From Mobula hypostoma (lineage: Eukaryota): a stretch of 64,000 bases of DNA. The position numbers and the translations under genes were made by a program. Below the pieces are notes generated by a model. The model saw only the letters and a list, made by a program, of their open reading frames with translations, had not been told where the DNA came from and searched no databases. The stretch is taken from contig NC_086097.1 in NCBI RefSeq assembly GCF_963921235.1, positions 65,970,001 to 66,034,000 of the forward strand. Direction: 5' to 3'. Below, in pieces: positions 12,690 through 25,170 of the stretch (its first letter is position 1; the number at the start of each line of letters is the position of its first letter).

Positions 12690-13790
12690 TTCAGAAACCA
12701 GAGATGCACAGGAATTTGGAAGTCCTAGTGCAGGATTCCCTAAGGATTAACTTGAGGGATAAGTTGGTAGTAAAGAAGGCAAATGCAATATTATCCTTCA
12801 TTTCACAAGGACTAAAATATAAAAGCAAGGATGCTATGCTGAAACATTAAAAGGTATCTGTCAGACCATATTTGGAGTATAGTAAGCAGTTTGGGGCCCC
12901 TTATCTAAGATAGAATGTATTGGCATTGGAATAGGTCCAGAGGAGGTTTACAAGAATTATCCCAGGAATGAAAGGGTTAACATATCAGAAGCTCTAAGTG
13001 GCTCTAGGCCTGTATTTGCTGGAGTTCAGAAGAATGAGGGGAATCTTATTGAAACCTTTGAAATACTGCAAGGTCTTGATGGGTGGATGTGGAGAAGGTG
13101 TTTCCATTAGTGGGAGAGTCTTGGACCAAAGGGCACATCCTCAGAATAGAAGGATGTCCCTTTAAAACAGAGATAAGGAGAAATTTCTTTAACTAGAGGG
13201 TGGTGAATCTATAAAATTCATCACCACAGACAGCTATGAAGGCCAAGTCATTGGGTATATTTAAAGCAGAAGTTGATAGGTCCTTGATTGTCAGGGCACC
13301 AGAAGTTATGGGGAGAAGGCAGAAGAATGGGATTGAGAGTGAAAATAAATCAGCCATTGTCGAATGGGTGGCAGAGTGGAGGTATGTCTCTATTAAAGAA
13401 GGTGTAATATGCTCCTGCCCTCCACTAGCCTTCAGCTGACCCTTGGGCAAGGTGTAGCACCTGCTTAGCTCCCTGATCAGGGTCACGTGAAGCTATGGGA
13501 GCAACTGGTGATGCATATCACAAGTCTTGGTTATGCAACTGCTGATGCCAGGCAGACAATCTTTGAAGAATATTGATAATGGCTGGGGTCACCATCTTGT
13601 AAAGACACTGCCCAGAAGGCAATTTCTATAGAAAAATTTGCCAAGAACGATTATGGTTATGGATAAGACCATGATCACCCATGTCAATACAACATGGCAC
13701 ATAATGATGATGATAATAGTCCAATGGTGGAGCAGACTTGATGAGCCAAAAGGCCTAATTCTGCCTCTATGTCTTGTGGATTTATGGTGT
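12690..13790 (+). mobile_element. Decayed CR1 3' region, interrupted at 13368-13715
   Basis: CR1 ORF2 C-terminal motifs; the 3' UTR resumes after the insert. Confidence 0.75.
13368..13715 (+). mobile_element. Short non-autonomous retroposon (RTE-associated-like) with an (ATG)n tail
   Basis: It interrupts a CR1 3' UTR, is flanked by an imperfect duplication GTCGAATGG/GTCCAATGG and ends in ataatgatgatgataa. Confidence 0.55.
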
Positions 13791-13792
13791 TA

Positions 13793-14160
13793 GAAACATA
13801 GGAAACATACAGCACAATACAGGCCCTTTGACCCACAAAACTGTGCGAACATGTCCTTACCTTAGAACTACCTAGGCCTACCCATAGCCCTCTATTTTCT
13901 GATCTCCATGTATCAATCCAAGAGTCTCTTAAAAGACCCTATTGTATCCGCCTCCACCACCGCCGCTGGCAGCGCATTCCACACACTCACCACTCTCTGC
14001 GTAAAAATCTTACCCCGACATCTCCTCTGTACCTACATCCAAGCACCTTAAAAATAGGCCCTCTCATGCTAGCCATTTCAGCCCTGGGAAAAAGCCTCTG
14101 ACCAACCACACGATCAATGCCTCTCATTATCTTGTACACCTCTATCAGGTCACCTCTCAC
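13793..14160 (-). mobile_element. CR1 family C 3' fragment
   Basis: [17 protein letters not shown] motif; reverse-complement homologue of ~4900-5220. Confidence 0.8.
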
Positions 14161-16411
14161 CCTCTTTTGTCTCCTTCCTAGATCTGACGTAAGTTCTTCA
14201 ACCTCTTTCTTTTCCCACAGATACAACCTGACAATTTGGTCTACTATGAAACTGCTATACAGCACTATGTATTGTCATGCATGAAACATAATAGATTGGC
14301 AAACATTTGCCCTACCATATGGAGAATTTCTCCTAAATACTGTATGTCTTCAGTGGGGCAATGCTTTTGTCAGTTATACTAACGAAATTCTGTAAATTTC
14401 TGTCCTGAATCATAATAGAGCAGTCTGCAGCCATATCAATCTTCATCTTGATATGCTTTGTAAGCTTCAGCAACTGTTTTGAAATCTTGACTCACTTGGT
14501 TTCATCATATTCACTCACATAACGCATGCCAGGCGGATCAGTTCTTGTCAGTTATCACCTAATAAAGTTTATTGTGACCTCACCGTGAGCTGCAACCAGC
14601 AAGTTACTTCAGCAAGATCCTTACCTCAGCATTTGTACCAGACGGCTTTTTGAACGTGCATTGCTATTTTGAGAGATCACTATTGCATCTTCCACATCTA
14701 GATTAGCCAGACATACACTTCTCTTTCTGGCTCTCTGTGGACAATGTGGAGCCTAAGCTTACAAACACCTTATTTCTAAGTGAATCTTTCCTGCATGGCT
14801 TTGTAATCCATCACCTCTCCAGTCATTGCTAAGCTGAATTATACCCTGTCTGCCTGGTTTTCTGTACTTATCCTTCTCAGCACATATTCTTTATGTATCT
14901 ATGAGTTCTTTCCTAAAATTCTCAATCCCTGGCATCAATCCATACACCATAAAAGTTTACCCAAGTATCTTCAGTGATTTCCTCTCTTTGTCTTTCCACG
15001 CTTTCCTCTCCTTTCTCGGTCTCTGTTCAATACGAATCCCCAATGCGTACGCACAAACTCATCCTTTATCTACCCATCCCACATGGCTTGATACAGCTAT
15101 TGTTTCAAACACTGGTAAGGCTATCTCTGATCAGTAACTTGTCTTCTTTTCTATTCACCTTCCCAGATCTTCCTCCCGGCCATACTTCCTTCTTTGTCCC
15201 TTCTTAGAAATGAATTCAATTACAACCTTATTTTAAAATTCCAACTGCTTAACCTTCAGCTTTCCTCACTTTTGCATCTGCTAATCAGTTCAGCATTTAC
15301 CTCAGCTCACTTTTGAAGTGTTCGTGCCTATTTTTTTAAAAGAATCCAGTGGAATCCCTGGTATTGCTTTCTGTGTGCTTCCTTTTGTCCACAAACAACA
15401 ACCCTGAATAGATGTGACACAAAATTCATTTAGCTACTCATTATAAATAGCATCTGGACTAAATTAACACAAAGCTGTAAAGCCTACACTTATTAATAAG
15501 TGTATGCTATTCCAAGATCATCTTTCAGAGACTATTTAAAAATTGTTATTGTGAAGAATTGAAAATGTTAAAATTGCCATTCTAATTGAATTATTTAACT
15601 GGGTTATGGATGCATTTTTGAAAAGAGAGAAAATTCACAAAATAATTTAGTTAATGTCTCTAAAAGTCCCTTTTTAATATGATTCAGTTGTTTGCTTTGC
15701 CTATACTTCATTTTGGTTTTAGAACCTATCATGCAATCTGCAGGTATATATTGACCTATAATTTATGGCATTGGGTTAATAACAGTGCTGAAGACTGAAG
15801 GATATTGTATTTGTCTTGTTTTGCTTGCTATGATGCATTTTCCAAATTCTTCTACGAAATGTGGTTAATATATATGCATATCAAGTAAAGAAGTTATGAA
15901 TTCAATAAACGTGCAAGTTTATTGCCATAAATCTTTTTTTATTTAACTTGTAATGGAAAGATTAGAAAAGTCATGTCCTCTCTAAACTATTGGAGGTGTT
16001 GAAAGCTTTTGGTGCAGATAAATAATGGATAAACTCATTAAGGAATAAAGCATGTTTGAACAGCCTTTAATTCAGCCATGCTAATTTGGGTCAGAAGTTC
16101 ACTAGTAGGCAGGGCAGCCTGTGTAAAATGTTGGACATATTTTGTAGAAATACTTGATTTATTTAGTTGCATGTTTAAAAAAAAACTTGAGGAGCAGGTT
16201 TAACCAGTCATTTATATGTTCTTTTAAGGTAAAGATGAATATTAAAAATAATGAGTTCGGAAACAAAGGCCACGTTATGTGAATTTTATATGGTTCCTCG
16301 CTCAGCCCAACCAGGCGCATTTAGGCAATAATGTGTTTTTTTTTATTTCACTCTCAATCTAATTGAAAGGCAACAGAATGAAGGAATGATTTTGAACAAC
16401 AACCTGTGGAA

Positions 16412-17368
16412 CTTCAGAAACACAAGAGATTCTACAGATGCTTGAAGTCCAGAGCAACACAGACAAAATTCTGGAGGAACTCAGCAGGATAGGCAGCAAC
16501 TATGCTAATGAATAAACTGTCAACTTTTCGAGCCAAGACCCTTCTTCAGGACTGGAAGGGAAGGGGGAAGGATGACTAGCTAGAAGGTGATAGGTGAAGC
16601 CAGATGGGAGAGAAACGTAAAGGTCTGAAAAAAAAGGAATCTGCTAGGAGATGAGAGTGAACCATAGCTGAAAGGGAAGAAGGAGGAGCACCGGGGAGAG
16701 GTGATAGGCAAGTGAGGAAAAGAGGTAAGAGGCCAGAGTGGGGAATAGAAGAAGGAGAAAAAATTACTAGAAGAAGAAATTGATGTTTATGCCATCATGT
16801 TGGAGGCTACCCAGATGGAATATGAGGTGTTTCTCTTCCACCCTAAGAATGGCTTCATCATGGCAATAGTGAAGGCCAAGGACCAACATGTTTCCTTTGG
16901 TGGGAGTATCCAGAGCTGGAGGACACAGCCTCACATTGAGGGGCAACCTTTTAGAACAGAAGTAAGGAGGGATTTTTTTTTTAGCCAAAGATTGGTGAAT
17001 CTGTGGAATGCTCTGCCACAGACTGCTATGGAGGCCAAGTACGTGGGTATATTTAAAGTGGAAGTTGATAGATTCCTGATTAGTTGGGGCATCAAGAATA
17101 GGGTGAGAGGACAGGTGTATGGGATTGAATGGGATCTGGGATCAGCCATGATGAAATGGTGGAGTAGACTCAATGGGCTGAATGGCTAATTCTGCTCCTA
17201 TGTCTTATGGTCTTATGGACATGTCAGAACAGGAGTGGGAATAGGAATTTTAATGGTTGGCCACTAGAAAATTCTGCTTTGGGGGGATGGAGCAGAGGTA
17301 CTTGGCAAAGCAGTCCCCCAATTTATCTCAGGTCTCACCGATGTGGAGGAGGGCACATCAGGAGCACA
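16412..17368 (-). mobile_element. Old Penelope-like 3' fragment with a nested CR1 3' end (16892-17218, +)
   Basis: LRVEEKHLIFHLGSLQHDGINI GIY-YIG tail and a hammerhead remnant at 16519-16553. The CR1 insert is flanked by ACATGT at 16886-16891 and 17219-17224. Confidence 0.8.
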
Positions 17369-17487
17369 AAAATGTTATTTTTAACATGGCCATAGTTGCA
17401 CTGACACGAACTTGGTAGCCAATTTGTGAACAACATTAACTTGGCTGCAACTCTGATTCTGATTTCTTAATGATTATTGATGTATTA

Positions 17488-17750
17488 TCAGAGTGCATAC
17501 CTGTTCCAATTGTCAGCTAGACTCAACTGACAATAGGTTGGCTGGTGACGCAGTGAGATCAGCGCTGGGCTCAAGAACGGAGGTTCCCAAGTTCGATCCA
17601 GTGACAGACTGCTCCCGAGCACACTCTCCATCCGTGCCAGGTTGATGTCGAGCTCGCAACTCGACCTCGTAAAGAAAACACTGCCACCTCCAGTTTAAAT
17701 TCCCACCTGGAATATTGTGGAGGATCAAATACCCAAACCCAAACCCAAAC
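17488..17750 (+). mobile_element. SINE with a 5' hairpin leader, tRNA-like A/B boxes and a (CCCAAA)n tail
   Basis: A-box-like TGACGCAGTG near 17546, B-box GTTCGATCC at 17591-17599, terminal acccaaacccaaacccaaac. Confidence 0.65.
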
Positions 17751-17929
17751 TGTTTCTTAATATTACATGAAATTACCAGCTTTATTTGTTATTTATAAAT
17801 ATGGTATGTCCCCATGAGGAGATCGGCACGTTTTCCACAGTACATTCCAAACACTTTGTGAAGCTCAGAGTGCAAAGAGTTTCACTTATGGTTTCTGCAA
17901 CAATTTTTTGGTGTTTTCCATATACCCAC

Positions 17930-18450
17930 CACTGTCTGGGTGGAAAAGTTGCTTCACAGATCTTTTTTTTAATCTTTCTCCTGTCATCTTAAACCTAGAT
18001 CCCTTAGTTTTATAACCCCCTGCCCTGGGGGAATGAAACTGTGACCATTCACCTTATCTATGCACTTCATGATTTTACAAACCTCTACATATAAGGTCAC
18101 CTCTCAGAGTGCGTACCTGTTCCAATTGTCAGCTGGACTCAGGCTAGCCAATCTTTCCTTATAATTCAAGCTCTCCAGTTGTAGTAATATCCTTGTGAAT
18201 CTTTTCTGCGCCATTTCCAGCGTAATGAAATCCTTCCTAGACCCAGGCAACCAGAACTACACACAGTTTTACAAGTGTCTCTCACCAGCGTCCTGTAGAG
18301 CTGTAAAATGATGTCCCATTGCTTGCAACCAGCTCCCTGACTGATGAAGGCAAGTGTGCTTTTGTCACCACAATGTCCACCTGTGTCTCCACTTTTAGGG
18401 AACTGCCTGCCTGTACCTCTAGGTCCCTCTATTATTCATTATCATGTGTA
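17930..18450 (-). mobile_element. Decayed CR1 fragment
   Basis: Reverse complement of CR1 C-terminal motifs (ccagaactacacacagt, aaggtcacctctc). Confidence 0.6.
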
Positions 18451-18567
18451 TTAAGATGCATGTTCTTTCCAAAAGAGAAAACCTCTGTTTTCTTCTTTTA
18501 GAAGCCATGTCCACTGCTTATACTGCTCTGACAGTGATAATTACATTCCACCTACATTATACAGTGT

Positions 18568-21500
18568 ACATAAGAACATAAGAAATAGGAGCAGGAGTAG
18601 GCCATTTGGCCTGTCAAGCCTGCTCCACCATTCAATGAGATCATGGCTGATCTGGCCATGGACTCATCTCCACCAACCAGCCTTTTCCCCACAATCCTTA
18701 ATTCCCCTACTATGCAAAAATCTATCCAACCTTGTCTTAAATATATTTACTGAGTAGCCTCCACTGCTTCATTGGGCAGAGAATTCCACAGATTCACCAC
18801 TCTCTGGGAAAAGCAGTTCCTCCTCATCTCCGTCCCAAATCTGCTCCCCTGAATCTTCAGGCTATGTCCCCTAGTTCTAGTCTCACTTAAAAGCGGAAAC
18901 AACCTGCCTCTATCTTATCTATCCCTTTCATAATTTTATATGTTTCTATGATATCTCCTCTCATTCTTCTGAATTCTAGCGAGTACAGTCCTGGGTGAAT
19001 CAACCTCTCCTCATAGTCTAACCCCCTCAACTCTGGAATCAACCTGGTGAAACTCCTCTGCACCACCTCCAAAGCTAGCATATCCTTCCTCAAGTAAGGA
19101 GATCAAAACTGCACACAGTACTCCAGGTGTGGCCTCACCAGTACCTTGTTCAGTTGCAGCATCACCTCCCTGCTCTTAAATTCAATCCGTCTAGCAATGA
19201 AGGCAACATTCCATTTGTCTTCTTGATAGCCTGTTGCATCTGCAAGTCAACCTTTTGTGAATCATGCACAAGCACTCCCAAATCCCCCTGCACAGCAGCA
19301 TGCTGCAAATTTTTACCATTGTACTCCATCTGACTTAACCTATCTATATCTCTCTGCAGACTCTCCATATCTTCTGCACAATTGTTTTTTCCACTCATTT
19401 TAGTGACATCAGCAAACCTAGATACACTACACATGGTCCTAACCTAATGTATATCGTGAACAGTTAAGGGCCCAGCACCGACCCCTGTGGCACACCACTC
19501 ACACTGATTGCCAACCAGAGTAACATCCATATATCCAACTCTCTGCTTTCTATTAGTTAACCAATCCTCTATCCATACTAATACATCACCTCCAACTCTA
19601 TGCATCCTTATCTTATAGATAAGTCTTATGTGGCACCTTATCGAACACCTTTTGGAAATCCAAGTAATGTCCATCTGTTCCCCTCTGTCCACTGCGTTCT
19701 TTATATTCTCAAAGAACTCCAGTAAGTTTGTCAAACAGGACCTGCCTTTGCTGAATCTATGCTGCGTCTGCCTGATGGATCTATTTCTTTCCAGATGCTT
19801 CGCTATTTCTCCTTTAATGATAGCCTCAAGCATTTTCTCAACTACAGATGTTAAACTAACTGGCCTATAGTTACCTGCCTTTTGCCTACATCCGTTTTTG
19901 AACAGTTGTGTGACATTCACTATCTTCCAATTCGCCAGGACCTGCCCAGAGTCCCCAGAATTTTGGTGAATTATCACCAAAGCCTCTACTGTAACTTATG
20001 CCATTTCTTTCAGTACCCTGGGATGCATACCATCAGGACCAGGGGACTTATCTATCTTCAGGCCCACAAATTTGCTCAGCACTGATTCTTTAATGATAGT
20101 TATTGTATTGAGGTCCTCACTCCCATCGCATCTATAATATCTCTCTTTGCATGCTAGACGTGTCCTCCACCATGAAGACCAACACAAAATAGTCATTCAA
20201 AGCCTTGGCCCTTTCCTCATTACCCAATATCAATTCCCCCTTCTCGTCCTCCAAGGGACCTAAGTTCACTTTAGCCATCCTTTTCTGCTTTATATAATTA
20301 TAAAAACTTTTATTTTCTGTTTTTATATTTTGTGCTAGTTTATTTTCATAATCTATCTTCCCTTTCTTTATTGTTCACTTAGTGGTTCTTTGTTGCTTTT
20401 TAAAATTTTCCCAGTCTTCCAGTTTCCCACTACTCTTGGCATGAGCTTTTAGTTTGATGCCTTTTTTTATTTCCTTAGTTATCCAAGGTTGGCTTTCCCC
20501 ACTCTTACTGTGTCTGCTTTTAACTGGAATATACTTTTGTTGAGCACCGTGAAAAATCTCTTTGAAAGTCTTCCACTGTTCCTCAACCATCCCACCATAT
20601 AGCCTGTGTTCCCAGTCTACATGAGCCAAATCCTCCCTCATTCCATTGTTTTTTAGGCATAATATACTGGTTTTAGAGTGAACTATTGCACCCTCCATTT
20701 GTATGAGAAACTCACTCATACTGTTATCACTCTTTCCAAGAGGATCCCTAACTACAAAATCACTAATTTTACCTGTCTCATTGCACAGGACCAGATCTAA
20801 GATAGTAAATTCCCTTGTAGGTTCAGTAACTTGCTGTTCAAGAAAGCCATCATGGATGCATTCTATGAAGTCCTCCTCAAGACTGCCTCGACCAACTTGA
20901 TTCACCCAATCTATGTGCAAGTTAAAGTCCCCCATGATAACTGCTGTTCCATTCTGACATGCCTCAGATTCTTGGTTTGTTGCCTTTGCCACTGTGATGT
21001 TATTACTTGGTGGCCGATAGACAACTCCCACCAGTGATTTTTTTTCCCTTTACTGTTCCTAATGTCTACCAAGATGGATTCAACATTCTGCTCCTTAGAT
21101 CTTATACCGTCTCTCACTATCACCCTGATCTCATCTTTAATTAAGAGCGTTATCCCACCTCCCTTACCTTCCTGCCTTCCTTGTTTTGAATACTATGGGC
21201 ATTCAAATAAAGTGCCCTTACGCTCATTGTGCTTTTAAAATCCTGTAATCTTTTTTTCTTTTGCACTTTTCTTCACTCCACTCTTACTTTTCTCTTTTTT
21301 ATCTTTTGCTTTTACTTTTTCTTTATCCACACTTGACTCTTTTACTTTATCCATACTTCTCCAATCCGTTGAACCCACCTCCCTACCATTTATTTTAAAG
21401 CCCTATCCACAGCCTTAGTAATGCGATTCGCTAGGATCCAGATCTCACCATGGTTAGGGTGGAGCCCATCCCATTGAAACAACTCCCTCCTTCCCCAATA

Positions 21501-22330
21501 CTGGTGCCAATTTCCTATGAATTCAAACCCACTTCTCCCACACCAATCCTTGAGCCATGCATTTAACACTCTAATCTTCTTGGCCCTCTGCCAATTTGCA
21601 TGTGGCTCAGGTTGTAATCCAAAGATCATTACCTTTTTGGTTCTGCTTTTCAATTTAGTTCCTAGCTGCTCAAATTCCCTCAGAAGAGCCTCTACTTTGT
21701 TCTACCTATGTCCTTGGTACCTAGATGGACCACGACAACTGGACCTTTCCTCTCCCACTGCAAGTTCCTTTGTCAGTCAGATAAGATGTTCTGTGCCCAG
21801 GCACGAGGCAGGCAACACAGACTTCGGGACGTTCTATCCTCACGACAGAGAACTCTGTCTACTCCCTGACTATACTATCCCCAATTACCACTACATTTCT
21901 CTTCTCTCCCCCCACCCCCCGAATGGCTCCCTGAACTACAGTGCCACAGTTAGGTTGCTCATCCTTCCTACAGCCCTCACTATCATCCACACAGGGAGCA
22001 AGCATCTCAGGTCTGTTGGATATGCTCAAGGGCTGAGGCTCCTCCAGCACTGTCTCTTGGATCCCACTACCTGCCTCACTCACAATCACACCCTCTTCTC
22101 CCTGACCACAGACCGAATTTGAGGCAGCTAATCTAATGGGTGTAACTACCTCCTGAGCGTCCAGGTAACTCTCCCCCTCCCTGATGTGCCGCAGTGTTTG
22201 AAGCTCAGATTCCAGGTCATCAACTTTGAGCCTGAGTTCCTTGAGCAGCCAATACTGGCTGCAGGTGTGGTCACCAGGAACCACAATGGGGTCCATCAGC
22301 TCCCACGTCATGCAGCTACAGCACATCACC
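18568..22330 (-). mobile_element. Near full-length decayed CR1 LINE: ORF1 (Zn-finger, coiled coil, SGNH esterase) and ORF2 (APE endonuclease, RT)
   Basis: ORF1 has CCSC...HTC, VIGDSIVR and DGLH. The endonuclease has VYRPP, MGDFN and LDLVL...SDN. The RT region has NYRPVSLTS and SPGPDG. It ends in a (TTCTTATG) tail. Confidence 0.9.
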
Positions 22331-22689
22331 TTTATTGAGGCTTGAAGATGATTTTTCATATCAGACCTCAGCACCTGTATGCCTGTGGCAAATGACTGAC
22401 AAGTCTTTTGGAAAAGGAGAGGAATACAGCACTAATACCTACAAAAGAAGTTAAAAATTTTAAAAATGTATCTTTCGGGTTAAATCTACACTTTTGATGG
22501 CATTGCAATATTCAACTTAAACCCTCCCCCCTCATTTACTCCAGCCTCTTAAAGTACAGGCTATGTAGCACTAATTCAAATAATTATGCACAGTGGTATG
22601 AGATATTATGAAAATTACAATGTACATCATCAAAATAAAGCCTTAGTGTCCACGGTTGACAAGGTATTGGTCGGTCCTAATCCTGCCAT

Positions 22690-25170
22690 ATGAATGATGG
22701 CCTTTGCTTGTGTGAAACATCACTAGAAGAGTACTGAAACTAGCACTGGTGGTTTGTAATACTGGAAGGGCATTGCAAGTTACTGCATCTAATGAATCAT
22801 GAAATCTTCCGTCCATCAAAAAAGGATGTGGACTTGGGAAATGTGATTAGCTGTTTTGGAAATATAAGCACAAATGAATCTCTTTCCAAAAGGTGTGCCA
22901 CAGATCAGTGCTGGAGGCTCAGCTTTTTGTAGTGTACATAAATGACTTGGATGATGGCACCAAAGGCATAGTTTTCATTAGGAAAACAGTATCAAATCAG
23001 GAACAAAGGGATATTGCTACGAAATAACCAGCTAGTCATTTATAACTGAAGTGTGTAGAAATCTTTCTATGAATCTCTGGAAATCTTTGCCCCTGGGGGT
23101 GGTGGAGGCCAAATCATTCAATATATTTAAAGATTGTGGAATTGAGAGTTGTAGGAGAGAAATTGAGACCAGCATAGATTAACCGTGTTCATTTTGAATT
23201 CTGGGGCAAGCTTGAGAGGTCTGGTAGCCTATTCCTATTTTATTGTGTGAAATTGCTGAGTGCATACTGTAGGCTGCTAAGAAAGTAAGAAGCAAAGAGA
23301 ATGTAAGGGGGTTACAAATGAGAAAATTAAATATGCAAATATATGGCAAATGTCATACTATGGTGGAAGTGTGAGGTAGTAATTTTGGTCAGGATAAATT
23401 TCTTTAAAAGCACTGTATAAAAGCGACTAGAAATGACAGAGCTCTAAGAAGCATTTGGATCTGGGAGTCAAACTGCATGATTTTCAAAAGGCTAATAGGC
23501 AAATACAGCAAGTACTTATTTCCAAAAGCTAACATAAACTACTATAAGTATTGGAGGCACAAGGTCTTTCATCTCCCTCCCCCACCCCCAGCAAATCAAG
23601 TGACTTAGATGATAGACAAGGCTTTAAACTAAATGGTAAGAAAGAGAGTTCAAATAAGTAATGTCAGCAGAGATTGAGTCAATACTGGGCGCTGCAAACA
23701 CTTCGATTTTAGCTTGAAAAGAGAGCAAAATCCAGGAATTTTGTGAGGTTAGATATATAAAGAGAGAAGGCAAGCTAATTATTAAGAATTATTAAGACTG
23801 CAATAGAAGCAAAGCTTGGCAGGAGGGAAACTGCTAATTAATACTGATAAGTCATGAGTAATCAGTCAAATTGAGGAAAAATAGTTCAAAAAGGATATTT
23901 ATCTAAATACATAAAATATTATTAACAAGATGTAAATTTGTGGCACAAGAAGAAAGAAATGTGCTTGGTGTAACTGCTATTAAAGGCATTTGTTACAAGG
24001 TGATCAAGGCTTAAAGCAGAATATTCTGCAGATATTCATGTATGGAAAAGGATGGAATGTAGTTCTGATAATGAGTGATTTCAGGACGATGTGAAGAAGG
24101 GTCATAGCTCAGATCAGGAAGAATCAATTTGAATGAAGATAAGGAATAAGGAGGAGCAGAAAGCATGAGTAGGTGTTACTGTTTATACTGTTGAATAGAT
24201 TATTAAGAAATGTAATCAACTGATTATGGGTGATTTTAATCTCCATGTAGACTGGACAAATGAAATCTCAGTTAATAAAATCCATCTCAGACTTCTGTGG
24301 AAAGCTGAAGAACAATTTAATTTTGATGTTGTGTTATTAGAGAGAACAAAAGATCAGAAATCACTTCAGTAAATGGTTTAAGGGATATGGAGATAGTGCA
24401 GGAAATTGGCATTGAAGTAAAAGATCAGCCATAGTTTAATTAAATAGTTGAAGGGCTGATTACCCTCTTCATGTGTTTTTTTAAAAAATATATTATATAG
24501 TAATCTTAAGGGAAAGGATATGTTGGGGAAGAGTGATCATAATTTGATAAGAATTTACATTCAGTCTAAAAGTGATAAACACAATTTTTATAACATAAAG
24601 TGGGCCATTCAGTTCATCATACCTATGCTGACTCTCCTGTAACCTGTTTTCTCTCTCAGATGGCCATTAACACTTCTGTAATTTTCCCGCCAGCCGCCAG
24701 CATCAGGATAAATAGCCAATTAATGCCATGTCTTTGGATTGTGAGTGGGAAGTATGAAAATGCTGCATTACCTATAGCATACTGTGTTTGCAGACTCAGT
24801 CTCAAATTTAACAAAAGGTTAAATTATATGTGTTTGAGTGATGATTTGGCTAAAGTACATTAGGAAATTAGATTAAAAGATCTGATGGTGATTGAGTGTT
24901 GAAAAACCTTTAAGAAAATATTCTGCAATTGATAGTAAATGCTTAATGGAAAAAATAATTAACCTATGGCTAATTTAAGTTACAGATGGAATTAGATTGG
25001 AAGAAAATACTTATAGGATTGAAGAGTATTGCATACACCCTGCAGAAAGAAAGAATTTAACAAACCGGCAAAAGATCAGAAAGGATTCATAATGAGGAGA
25101 TAATAAAATTTGAGGGTAAATTTGTTGCAAGGAATATAAAAGCAGATTCTAAAAATCGTGCAAGTCTATT
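22690..25170 (+). mobile_element. Patchwork of very old CR1 fragments (plus a SINE remnant near 24600-24760)
   Basis: Scattered motifs: ggtgtgccacagatcagtgctgg, ataaatgacttggatga, atgggtgattttaatctccatgtagactgg. Confidence 0.5.

Noticed and set aside
17536..17610. tRNA gene
   Set aside because: It has A/B boxes but no convincing cloverleaf, and it runs into a SINE body and tail.
21390..22374. SGNH/GDSL esterase as a separate gene
   Set aside because: It is the established esterase domain of CR1 ORF1, and it is disrupted here.
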